Shown here: piece after piece, positions 52,390 to 64,000 of the stretch | Position numbering within the stretch: position 1 is the stretch's first letter | How the letters are laid out: every line of letters begins with the position of its first letter | Assembly (NCBI RefSeq): GCF_004010195.1 | Contig: NC_057719.1 | Location: forward strand, 66,398,066 to 66,462,065 | Direction of reading: 5' to 3' | Source: Chiloscyllium plagiosum | Lineage: Eukaryota | DNA length: 64,000 nucleotides | Translations under genes and position numbers: made by a program | The notes under the pieces: generated by a model | What the model was told of the DNA's origin: nothing | The model's database searches: none | Seen by the model: only the letters and a program-made list of their open reading frames with translations

Positions 52390-53100
52390 AAATCCACAGT
52401 GTTTTTAGAAGGGATTTGCTGGATATTGAGCCAGTGATGGTGAAGGAATAGTGATGAAGTTACCGAAGACAGGATAGTGTATGACATGGAGGGGAATTGC
52501 AGATGGTGGTGTTACTGCGCATCTGCTGTCCTTGTCCTTCTGGATGGTAGAGTCTGCAAGTTTGGAAGACGTGTGTCTTGTAGATGGGATTTACAGCTAC
52601 CCTTGTGTGTCAGTGGTGGAGAAAGTGAATGTTTAATCAGGTGGATGTGGATTCAGGGTCGATCAAGCAGGCTGCTTTATCATGGTTTGTCGTGCATCAA
52701 GCTTTCTGCGTACTGTTGGAGCTCATCCAGGCAAGGGTAAATATTTGATCACTTGTGCCTTGCAGATGGTGAACAAACATAGAGGATGTAGGAGGTGGGT
52801 TTCTTGCCTCATGTTCCTATCTTCTCATTTGTTGTAATAACAGTAATTATAAGGCCAATCCAGTAATGTTTCTGGTCCATGGCAAACCCTTAGCCAGACC
52901 ATGGCAGCAGTACATACCATGCAGTGCAACAACTCATCACATCTTCTTCACAGCACCTTCCAAACATGTGGTGTCTATTGCTGTCAAGGACAAGGGTAAC
53001 AGATGCATGGGAACTCCATCACCTGCAAGTTGACCTCCAGGCCACACTCGATCCTGACTTGGGAATATATTATAATTCCTTTATTGTCACAGAGTCAATA
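52390..53100. mobile_element. LINE family B fragments in opposite orientations
   Basis: 52390-52910 minus (gtgaaggaatagtgat, catctgctgtccttgtcctt); 52920-53100 plus (aaggacaagggtaacagatgcatgggaac). Confidence 0.55.
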
Positions 53101-54120
53101 CCTGACATCTACCTCCTTTCTCTTGACCAGAGCCTCAATATTTCCTGTCATCCAGTGTTCCCTACTCCTACTATCCTTCACATTAACAGGAACATGCTGT
53201 TTCTTAACTCTCCTGATCTCGCTTTTGAAAGCCATCTACTTGTCAGACATCCCTTTCCCTGCCAACAGCCTCCCCCGTCAACTTTTGAAAGTTCCTATCC
53301 AATACCATCAAAATTGGCCTTGCTCCAATTTAGAACTTTAACATGTGGACCAGGTCTATTCTTTTCCATAACTATTTTAAAACTAATAGTGTTATAGTCA
53401 CAGGTCTCAAAGTGCTGCCTCATTTGCTCCTCAGTCACTTGCCCTGCCTTATTTCCCAAGAGGAGATCAAGTTTTGCCCCTTCTTTAGTAGGGCCATCTT
53501 GATTGACAAAGTTTTCTTAATACACTTAATAAATTCCTCTCCATCCAAGCCCTCAATGCTATTGCAGTCCCAGTCTATGTTTGGAAAGTTAAAATCCCCT
53601 ACCATTACAACCCTATTGTTCTTACAGCTATCTGCGTTCTCTCTTCATATTTGCTCCTCCATTTCCAGCTGACTACCGGGGGGGCTGACAGTACAATCCT
53701 ATCCAATTGATCATCTTCTTCTTATTTCTCAGTTCCACCTATGTAGTTTCACAGGAATGTCATCTCCAAGTACTGCCATGATGAAAAATATCACTCCTCA
53801 TCCTCTCTTGCCTCCCTTCTATCCTTAATAATATCCAAAACCTGGAACATTTAGCTGCCAGTCCTGTCCCTCCCTCAGTCATGTTTCTGTAATAGCTGTG
53901 ATATCCCAGTCCCATGTCCCTGAGCTCATCTGTCTTACTTGTCTGTGCTCCTGCGTTGCAATAAATATAGTTTAATTCCATCAGTCTTCCCTCATTCACT
54001 GCCATGCTCTTGCCTGCCCTGTCTATTTAGGTTGCTTTTTTTAACTTCTGTACCAGCCTCAACATTCTGTCTTGTCACACTACTGTTTAGGGTTTCACCA
54101 CCCTGCCAGACTAGTTCAAA
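53100..54120 (-). mobile_element. Older CR1 fragment (ORF1 end and endonuclease)
   Basis: Colinear with ~16340-17340 (ttggaaagttaaaatccc, atatcccagtcccatg). Confidence 0.85.
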
Positions 54121-56890
54121 CTTAACAGAATGTTTCCATGCCTATGTTTGATCGGATATAAAAGATACTGGAATCTCAGGTGAAGCTTTTGGGACTCCCA
54201 GGAATCACTCTGGCTGTACAATAATGGTGTCATCACTCCATAAGTATGACTGTGTCAGGTTCTTGCTCAACTTGTATGCGAGACAGCTGTCTAAATTTTG
54301 ACAGAAATCTCCAAGTAAGGAGAATGTTTGCAGGGTGCATCAGGAGAGCTTGTGCTTTTATTGTTTGCGGTGCGTGGTTCAATGGTACGCTGTCCTTGCG
54401 GTTTCATTCTTTTTGATCTTTTCAATGGCGATGTAATACACTTGGCTTCCCTAGGCTATTACAGAGGACATTTAAGATTCAACCAGAGGCTGAGAGTTTG
54501 CAGTTACATTTCTAGTTTTCAGACAGTTTGATTATGTGTGTCTGTTAATTATCTGTGTTAACTGGGTATGATTAGTTTGGCCTGGTGTGGGCTCTACGAA
54601 AAGTAAACAAACTTTTAGCTGGATGCTAGAAAAAGCTGGAAGCCAAAAACTAAGTTTGGAATAGATATTTTAAAGCATTGAATAGAAGTCTTGTAAAGCT
54701 GGTGTCTCATCTCTGCATTGTTTCAAGGCATATAAAATACACAACACCATTTAGACTAGTCTAGTAAGGATGGCCTATTTTCTTCCCATAAGGACGTAAT
54801 ATATATTGGAGACAAAGTAGTTTAAATGTTGTCTGGCTAAACTTGATGGTTTAAAATTGAATGAGGAAAAAAAAGCAGAGGACACTTACATTTCTTCTTT
54901 GAAATGTGGAATGTAACCATCAATTATTTTACAAAATCAAAAAATGTTCCTACTTTGCCTTACATTTAATATTTTACTTCAGTCTATGTTAAATTTATGA
55001 ATGCAGTTTGCTTTTTGCTTCGTTTCTTGTGAGACTTTCTTCGTGTCCTTGCTGTTCAATGTATTTGGCCTTCAAGTGTTGTTTAAGATGATGTAAAATT
55101 AGATAAAAACAGCATCTATATTGCCTGAAAGGAAACTTATTTGAGCTTTACATCAACAAAAAGTGCTGTGGCAATTCAGCAGATGGAAATTTTGCAATGC
55201 TACAGTTTTAAAATCCTCCTACTCATCAAATCTTTCCATGTTGCCTTTCCTATCTTTACTCACTGCTGATTCCTGGAGACTTGAGTTCATTCAATTCTAG
55301 CCTCTGGTACATCCCCAATTCTAAGGCCACCACTACAGCTGTTATCTACAGCTGACTAAGCCCTAAGTTTTGAAATTCCTTCCCTCAACCTCTGGATCGA
55401 CCTTTGAGACCCTTCATGAAATCTCTATGACTGAGCAATTGGTTACCAGCCCTGATATCTCCTCATGTGATTTAGTGTCAGCATTTGGTTAATGCTTCTG
55501 TAAAGCACTTTGAGATGTCCCACTACATTAGTGGTGTTATATAAGTTCAAGAAATTAGTGTGGAAGTTGTGTTCCATTTGCAGCCTGGAACTGATTTTCT
55601 GATCTGTTAATGTTTCTTGTGAGTACATTGGGCACCGATTCTAATTAAACAAGTCCAGATGTTATCCTAGAGAAGGAGCACAAGTTGGCAAAAATCAATA
55701 TTGAGTGAGCATCATTGTACATTCAGCCAGACCGACGCACCAGTAAAGTTCTTTCTAGTTTGTAAGAATCACCTGGTCTTAATTTCAGAGAAAGGTAAAG
55801 TTGAGGAGAAATGCAGTGCCATAAATCATAATATTTCTCTCATGTGAAATATTTTTAACGTTACATAGAGGATAAACACACTTTGAAAGGATTATATCAC
55901 AAATACTCTTGTCCAACTTCAGGTTTTAAACATTTTTTAAATTGCTCTTAATGTGAATTTTGGACTTTCCACATCTGGATGCCACCTGCCAGCTCTTATG
56001 CTAATTTTTGATTTCTGTAGACTGGCAGCAGACCTGTACACTCAGAAGTTGAACGTACAGACCTGCCACCAATCTCTGAAAATCAAATGTGATAACATAA
56101 ATGCTAGGAGCTGACTGATAGATGTTCAACACTCTGATTCCAATTGGAGTGTCGACTAATACAAAATCATCTGGAATTTAGGACTAGTACGAAAAACAGT
56201 AACAATGGGCAGAATCTTCTCGGATACTAAACAAGTTGTCAAGAGAGTTGAGAGAAGCACATGAGGTTGGCAATAAGAAGGTTCCCGAGAGCAAAACGTC
56301 CAATTTTCCAATGAAGTGATGAAAGATTCTCATAGTGAGCTGCAAGTGGCCTACTTGCATGCATTAGCATGTATTAACATTCTCACTGTTGTCATCTCAT
56401 CTCATTGATATATAGTTTCTCACTATCCCACCCAACTGCATGAAACTGGACGGTGACAAATCATGACATGACAGTCAGCACCGTGTCTGGGTGAGTCCAG
56501 CTTGACACTTGATTCTCTGGTCCTCCAACACTCACTAACATTTCAGCTCTCACCTCATGGTCAAACACCACACATGCCCCTCCATCCTGCAGGGCCTTCA
56601 TATGCCCGTTGGCAAAGCAGGGTACCACTTTCCTTCCATCCAACATGTCTGAACAGGAACCATGTGGGGCAGCTCCTGAATGTTAGTGCTTGACCGTGTG
56701 CATGGCTGGCCTTTAAAGATGGTGCCAGTACCAGGAATCCTGGGATATCCTGGCACTGGCCAGTGCTTCTGCCTGTGATGCTTAGGAGAATATAACAAGC
56801 AAGGTGCCATACGGGCGTAGTATACAAGCGATGAGGTGAGTCTGTCAAAGTAATGTGAGAAAACACGCTAGGCCTCACCGAGAGAAACTA

Positions 56891-57071
56891 GGAGAAAGTG
56901 AGGACTCTGGAAAAGCACACCTGGTCAGGCAGCATCCATGGAGCAGGAGAGTCAATATTTCGAGCTTAAGATCTTCATCAGATGAAGAAATTATGCCTGA
57001 AACGTCGACTCTCCTGCTCCACAGATGCTGCCGGACCGACTGTGCTTTTCCAGCACCACACTTTTTGACTC
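56891..57071. mobile_element. Fold-back PLE-terminus insert
   Basis: Inverted arms 56907-57053 centred on tcttcatc-a-gatgaaga; gagagaaac duplicated at 56880-56888 and 57073-57081. Confidence 0.75.
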
Positions 57072-57714
57072 GGAGAGAAACACTCCATGAAACTCATGAA
57101 AATTTATACTTAGCCACAGCCCAACAATTCTAATCAGACGCTTGGTCAATTCAAAATCTTATTTATGATCAACAGATCAGTTGTCCAGTGAACTTCTAAA
57201 GCAATAATGCAGACTTTGTTCAACTTGAAATACTAGAATGTTTTAATTATGGATGCACCATTGAAATGTACTTGTTCACAAAGTGAGGTATAAAAGTGCA
57301 TCATAAATAATTGACAAATTATCTTCCTTCATCTTTCATTATTCTTCCTTAATGAATGTTACACAACCAGTAGCAGTCACCATATGTAATTCATAGACAT
57401 AAATTTCCTTTCTATTACTTTGTGGCATGATGTTACTAATTGTTTTTTGTAATTCCCTTCCTTCCCTTTTTTTTTCCTTTTCTCCTTCCATTCCCCTCAT
57501 TATTGTATCATTCTTCTTTGTTTTTACTTCTGAATTTCCTTATTCGTGTTTCTTCTCTCGTTCTGTCTGTTTACTTTTGTTTAGTTCTTTATTATAAATA
57601 GTGTGCACTCTAATTTTCCATAGGTAACACCTCAGTGTAGATAAATGGTAGATTTGAATAACAGAATTCTATCAATAATCACAAATTCTAAAATCGACTC
57701 CCCGTGATGGATTT

Positions 57715-58015
57715 AGAGTCATAGAGATGTACAGCATGGAAACAGACCCTTTGGTCCAACCCATCCATACCGACCAGATATCCCAACCCAATCTAGTCCC
57801 ACCTGCCAGCACCCGGCCCATATCCCTCCAAACCCTTCCTATTCATATACCCATCCAAATGCCTCTTAAATGTTGCAATTGTACCAGCCTCCACCACTTC
57901 CTCTGGCAGCTCATTCCATACCCGTACCACCGTCTGTGTGAAAAAGTTGCCTCTTAGGTCTCTTTTACATCTTTCCCCTCTCACCCTAAACCTATGCCCT
58001 CTACTTCTGGACTTC
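57715..58015 (-). mobile_element. CR1 3' end
   Basis: Near-identical to the reverse complement of 28075-28400. Confidence 0.9.
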
Positions 58016-58194
58016 CTGATTCTCCATGATTATTAACAATGTGTAGCTTAACTTCAGTTTTACAAAGATAGAACTATTAGATCTGCATCCGTACATTTTA
58101 GCATTGATTGTAAGGCCTGAGCAAATTGATGCAAAGTCTAGTAGTCTGATTTGAGGACAGTCAGTGTGCAGTGCGTCATGTTTCGTTCGGTTTT

Positions 58195-58872
58195 CCATGC
58201 AAGTGGAGTCCCAGCTACACAGGATGGTGAAGAAGGTGTTTGGTATGCTTACCTTTTTTGGTCAGAACATTGAGGATAGGAGTTGGGAGGTCATGTTGCA
58301 ACTGTACAGGACATTGGTCAGGCCATTTCTGGCATACTGCATTCAAATTAGTCTCCCAGCTACTGAAAGGATGTTGTGAAACATGAGAGGGTGCAGAAAA
58401 GATTTACAAGAATGTTGCTAGCATTGGAGGGTTTGAGTGATAGGGAGAGGCTTAATAGGCTGGGGCTCTTTTCCCCAGAGTGTTGGAGGCTAAGGGGTAA
58501 CCTTATAGAAATGTATAAAATTATGAGTGGTATAGATAGGGTGAATAGTCAAGGTATTCTGCCCAGAGTAGTTGAGTCCAAAACCAGAGGGCGTAGATTT
58601 AAGGTGAGAGGAGAAAGATTTTAAAAAGCACCTAAGGACCTTTTTCACACAGAAGGTGGTGAGTACATGGAATGAGCTGCGAGAGGAAGTAGTGGAGGCT
58701 GGTACAATTGCAAAATTTAAAAAGGCAAATGAATGGGTGTATGAATAAGAAGGGTTTAGAGGGATATGGGCCAAGTGCTGGCAAGTGGAACTAGATTAAT
58801 TTAGGATATCTGGTTGGCATGGACGAGTTGGATGAAGGGTTCCGTTTCCATGCTGTACATCTCTATGACTCG
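58195..58872 (+). mobile_element. CR1 3' fragment
   Basis: LYRTLVRP, ERVQKRFTRML, CR1 tail gtacatctctatgactc. Confidence 0.9.
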
Positions 58873-59562
58873 ATGGAGGACCCGTGTAATGTATTGCATA
58901 GATTTCACTCTTGCTGTTGTGTAGTTTCTAAAAAGAGCTGCTGAAAAGACACTTTGATGCTTTTGCTGGTATTCGTGTTTATTTAGATGATGTGGAAGAA
59001 GGAGGAAAACAACAGAAGAAAGTAAGAAGTAGATTTGGAGCTGTGGGAGGAGCAATAGGGAACTTCAGGTCAGGATAAAATACCTGCAGTTTTCTAAGGA
59101 GGCTGCACTTCTCCAGGAATGACCAGAGGTGTGTCACCTCTTGATTGCAGCCAACTGTTGCTCGTTGTAGCCAAGGCAATTACAGTCTTCAACTACTATT
59201 CCTCTACTACTTTTTAGTGTGCCAGCGGCTATATCGATAATATTGCTCAGTCTGCAATTTGATCTTGCAATATGTTATGTTCAGTGAAGCAGTTACTTTA
59301 ATCCTGTTCTCCATGGAACACCAGAAGCAGGAGGACTCAATTCTGAGGCAGGTATTATCCCTCAAACTTGGGTCCTTTAATGAGTGCATCTACTATTCCC
59401 TTGAAATGTCAAGGCTTCCATTTCGTTAATGAACAACTGGTATGCATCATTTTACATTATTGAGCTCTGTGCCTGTTTTTGTTGGAGCTGCCATGGTGTT
59501 ATTCCCACCACCCAACTTTGTGCAGAGGCTGAGCTCATGGTTGGCTATCTGCTTGAGGATGT

Positions 59563-59638
59563 GGAGAAAGTGAGCACTGCAGATGCAGGAGATCAGAGTT
59601 GAAAAGTGTGGCGCTGGAAAAGCACAGCCGGTCAGGCA
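59563..59638 (-). mobile_element. Short PLE-terminus fragment
   Basis: ggagaaagtgagcactgcagatgcaggagatcagagttgaaaagtgtggcgctggaaaagcacagc. Confidence 0.7.
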
Positions 59639-60597
59639 GAAGATGTTTGACGACGAGGACTATCCCCAAAACAGTTGTCTCTTGACTCACCTGAGGAGGC
59701 TGCTTCCGTTTACTTACAATCTGACCCAAACCTTCGTAGTGTAGAGGGAGCTCCTGTTTTTTTTTTGAGTTGTGTGCCAGTTTCTATCAGAAGGATAGCA
59801 GTAGTAGACTGTGTGTGTCCTGTTGAAGCGGTTTTGAAATTATCAGGGGTGAATGCTGAGTAAAAACAGCAAATGTGAAAAAAGTGAGAGGCCAGATTTG
59901 TGAGTGCAAACAGAAAAAAACTAGTGAAGTGTATTGTGGTTATAAGAGAAACAGGGAAAGATAAAATTAGGACTAAAGTAACACAATGCAGAGATGAGAA
60001 GGGACATATTTCCTTGAGAATCCTAATGGGGTTTATCATTTTCATCCATTGCTGGCCCTTGTTAAGTGCAGCTGGGATTGTCTTTCACTCTGCGTTGCTA
60101 TTGGCTAATTTGATTTTGGAGGGAAAGAGCATGCCTTATTTGTTTCTCTCTTGATCTAAATGCTTACATCAGGCTGACACCAGAGAATTGGAAGCTACAA
60201 GTTAACTTTCAGTCGTAACTGAACCTGCAAATATCCTACCTCCGAGTTACTGAGCTGTCCACAGCTAGTGTGGTGGTTAATCATTTTCTGACTGCTCTGA
60301 AACACTTTATGATGAAGAGGTGAATCATAACATGTCCAAACAGGTTGCCTAAGAATAGCCAGTGCTCTTACGGTGCAGCAGTAGGTAATCCTACGTCTGG
60401 ACTAGAAGTTCCCCCTATCCCTGAGATGTGTCATAACATTATCTGAACAGATTGATTACAAATAAATTTTGTGACTCTTGTGGTAGTGTCCCTGCCTCTG
60501 GGCCTGAAATTTGTGTTAAAGTCTTGCCTGCCCCAGATGTGTCTAGTAACATCTCTGAACAGGTTGATTGAATGGACCTATTAAAAACCAGCAAGGA

Positions 60598-60624
60598 CTA
60601 ACCCTAACCCTAACCCTAACCCTA
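60598..60624. repeat. (TAACCC)4 telomere-like repeat
   Basis: ctaaccctaaccctaaccctaacccta. Confidence 0.9.
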
Positions 60625-61514
60625 TTGTGTTATTCAGTTATCCTGATGTGTTCAATTCCTCTTGTCCTATTGGTATGTAAATTTTCTTCTTCCTAAGATC
60701 TTCACTCCTCCTAGTGCTAGGTCCTGTATTATCTTTTTCATTATTGTGAAAGATTTCTCTAAAGATTTCAGAATATTCAGGAAATAATCAAATACTACAC
60801 TACGAAACTAATGACACATGATCTGACATGCAAATTTTGAAGTCAGTATCTGACCTGACTTGCTGTGATGTATTTACTTTTACTTAACAATTGCTTTATG
60901 CTTAATGTATCATGTTGTCTTACATGTGTAGATTAACTGTGTTCAAAACAACTTCGGCTCTTATGACTGTTCCAACTGGATGCCTTGCCACATGGCTTGC
61001 TCCTTCCTTTTATGTAGGAAACATTGTTGACGCAATTGCCTCTTACTGGCAAAAGTGCAAGAATCAAGAGCAGATGCAGAAGATGATCTTCTGGTTTTGT
61101 TTAATGAATGCATGACTTACTTTCTGGATTGCCTCACTTTTGACAGTTTCTTGGTGCAAGTTACTTGGTTTGATATATTAACCTGCCAGGACAACAGTGG
61201 CTGAAGCAAGAATAAGCAGTTGAAATTTGCCTGTGAGTGGAGCATATTGTCATCATAATGTGGAGTTTGATTCATTTTTCAATAACTTAACAGCTCGATT
61301 TCAACTGGCATTGATGAACGATATGCATTCGGGGAAGAGGAGGTGAAGACTGTTTCTACTGCAATAACCTTTAGTTAAAAAGAGGATCAAGTCCCTTCCT
61401 TTCACCCATTTAACTTCCCTTTTTCTCTTTCTCCACCATTAACAACCTCTTTGCCTTTTGCAGTGGGCCTCTGCCTCTGTTTTTTTCAATGCTTTTGACA
61501 TTGTCCAAGACCTT

Positions 61515-61615
61515 TCAGTTCTGAAGAAGAACCATACCAGAGTCAAAACATTAACACTGTTTCTCTCTCCACAGATGCAGCCAGTCTGTTGAGTTTCTCC
61601 AGCATTCGGTGTTTG
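61515..61615 (+). mobile_element. Degenerate PLE-terminus fragment
   Basis: gttctgaagaag...aaacattaac..tttctctctccacagatgcagcc; similar pieces at 4745-4840, 20380-20480 and 63115-63175. Confidence 0.55.
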
Positions 61616-62218
61616 TTAAGTATTTAGGGAAAACTGGCAAAGACCAAAATGTCAAAACTCAGACAAGACGAGTTAAATATGATTCAACTATGGCTGGAAC
61701 TTGAACTTGTAATTTTGGTTGCAGTTCAATATTGTGTTGAAGATTTATAGCACTGTGTATTTCCAGCAATTCCTTCGCTCATATCATATATTTACACATG
61801 TATTTAACCATACTTTAAAAGAAGTTAACCTTTGAGAAGAACAAATTAGTTGTCAATCAAAGTTGGAATATGATTTAGAAATTCTGTTTGAAACATTTCT
61901 GTTGCAGTGGGCTTATCTGGCAAAACATAATTCAATCATTAATCGATTTAGCATGCTGTATTGTCTGAGATGTTCCAGGCATACAAATGTCAAATGTATT
62001 GCTAGCCAAAAACAATGTAATAGATTTTGATGCATCAGTACCTGCCAAATTACATTAAGCTTATTTTTTGGTCATTGTTCAGTTTCCAGAAACCATCCGT
62101 GTAGCTGAACATTCTTGTAAAATAAGTTATTTTTTATTTTGAAAATTGTTACCAATATTATTCTGTGGCCAAGCAGGGAATCAACGATTGCAGCATCAAG
62201 TTTTACATCGACAACAGT

Positions 62219-62447
62219 CATGATTTGGAGATGCCGGTGTTGGGACTGGGGTGTACAAAGTTAAAAGTCACACGACACCAGGTTATAGTCCAACAGGTTT
62301 AATTGGAAGCACTAGCTTTCAGAGTGTGGCTCTTTCATCAGGTGGTTGTGCACAACCACCTGATGAAGGAGCGTCGCTTCGAAAGCTAATGTGCTTCCAA
62401 TTAAACCTGTTGGACTATAACCTGGTGTCGTGTGACTTTTAACTTTG
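62219..62447. mobile_element. Fold-back PLE-type element with two hammerhead motifs
   Basis: ~100-bp inverted arms 62253-62350 and 62351-62450 with no spacer; 15-bp duplication tacatcgacaacagt. Confidence 0.85.
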
Positions 62448-62547
62448 TACATCGACAACAGTTGTTTGATGATATGTAGCAGTCTTGAGTGTGATCATTA
62501 ATAGTCTATTGTTAGATATTTTATCAAACACTGCAGGTCAATGCCTT

Positions 62548-62570
62548 TATATATATATATATATATATAT
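62548..62570. repeat. (TA)n microsatellite
   Basis: Seen directly in the sequence. Confidence 0.9.
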
Positions 62571-62639
62571 GGTTTCTGAACATCCTGTGTTTTTGAGGGT
62601 ACCTGAAAAGCAACAAAAACATGTTATTATTAAATGTGT

Positions 62640-64000
62640 TGTAGAATATGTCCCAGGGCGCTTTCGAGGAGCTGTACCAAACAAAATTTGGCACAAAATC
62701 AGGTACAAAAATATTAGTTTGGGTCTTAACAAGGGAAGAAAGATGTAGGGAGGAATTTCCAAGGCTTAGGAATTAGCAATTGCAAGGACAAGTGCTAGCA
62801 ATGGTGTGATTAAAAATGAGGGTACTCAGGAGGCCAGAATTGGATGAGTGCAGTCATCTTGAAACGTTTCAGACTGGAGGAGATCGTAGAGGGGATAATG
62901 GGTGAGTTCATGGAGACAGCTGGAAACAAGAATGAGCATGTTAAAATTGAGACTTTACATAAACGTGAGCCACTACAGGCTAGATGGTATAAGGAAAACT
63001 GTCGAATGGCACTGGATGTAAATTAAAACTGGGGTATTTGAATGACCTCAAGCTGTACGAGAGAGGACATGAGTTTTGACATTTTGGTCGTTGCCAGTTT
63101 TCCCTAAATCCTTAACAAACACTGAATGCTGGAGAAACTGAGCAGGATTGGCAGCATCTGTGGAGAGAGAAACCGCATTAAATTAGGAGTGCACTGGCTA
63201 AACAAGTCTAGAGGCAACAAAATCACAGATTAAGGTGTCAGGACCACATGAGAAGGTGATTGATGCTATGGAGGTGAAAATAAGTATTTCCAATGATTGC
63301 GCAGATATTTGTTTGGTACGTTCTTTTATGTCAATTATGACATCATCTGTTTCTACATCTGTCAGGGAGTGGGACTTGGTACTAGCTCTGGCAGTTTAAT
63401 GTGGGGATTCAGGGCAGTAGTTGGAGGAAATTCCTGCTCATTAGAGCTAGATATTGGGAACATGGTGTCATAGCATAGAAAACATGCAGGAGCTATGGTT
63501 TATGGGACTGAGATGAAGCTGTATTGGCAACATGCACATAAGATCTGATGCTCTGTTTGCAAATGATATTTTTGAGGCATAGCATGTGGTTGCAAAATAG
63601 GAACAAGCCAACAATAGATCCTGAGTGGACACAAGAAAGAACAATGCAGACAGAGAGGGAGGATGCTGATATGGTTAAGAATGTCAAAGGCTGTAGACAG
63701 GTTGAGAATTATGAGGAGGGAAGGCTGTCTATCACGTAGGATATTATTTCTGCATTTGCCTTTTACACATAGTGATGAGAAAGGCATTGTTAGGAAGGAT
63801 TCAAAATTGGAGGTGTGGGCAATATGGATATGGTATTTCGAAGGCGCTTGTATGTTTAAAGACTTTGGAGTGGAAAAGGACTTTGAGATGCATGACAAAT
63901 TGCAATGAGGGAGGGGTCAGAGTTGGTTTTTGGAAGAGGAGTTGATTTGAAGAGAGGAAAACTGCACATAAGGGGTGAGGAACATTAATGTTGTTGGCTA
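62640..64000 (-). mobile_element. Highly decayed L2-like LINE remnant
   Basis: SLLIILNLSTAFDILNH resembles the L2 RT motif LLILLDLSAAFDTVDH; QLHLS resembles DDTQLYLS. Confidence 0.55.

Noticed and set aside
57460..57595. Long pyrimidine-rich tract
   Set aside because: Low-complexity sequence with no convincing downstream exon
39444..64000. Next FMN1 exon (FH1-containing) and GREM1 limb/fin enhancers
   Set aside because: No matching ORF found; the known GREM1 enhancers lie toward the 3' part of FMN1 and cannot be identified here

Overview
Eukaryotic, repeat-rich vertebrate DNA. HE1-type V-SINEs, their partner CR1 LINEs and a DeuSINE point to a shark (inference). The one host gene I can support is formin-1 (FMN1, + strand). 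It shows the large alternative first coding exon (11182-12621, isoform-IV-like, starting MENV) and two small exons (23058-23172, 39382-39443) with consistent splice phases; the rest of the gene lies beyond the window. Most other ORFs in the track are decayed CR1/L2 LINE or SINE sequence. The most interesting signal is a dense set of short inserts resembling Penelope-like-element (PLE) termini. Several carry minimal type-I hammerhead ribozyme motifs (CUGANGA-stem II-GAAA with palindromic stem III), several are fold-back palindromes, and many have 7-17 bp target-site duplications. They fall into at least three sequence families, most copies lying in FMN1 introns. PLE hammerheads are a known class, so any novelty lies in these short, apparently non-autonomous forms. 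Also present: a near-perfect 441-bp tandem array, a solo LTR, nested SINEs, two candidate extra exons and two assembly gaps. Repeat family names come from recalled consensus, not a database search, and repeat boundaries are approximate.
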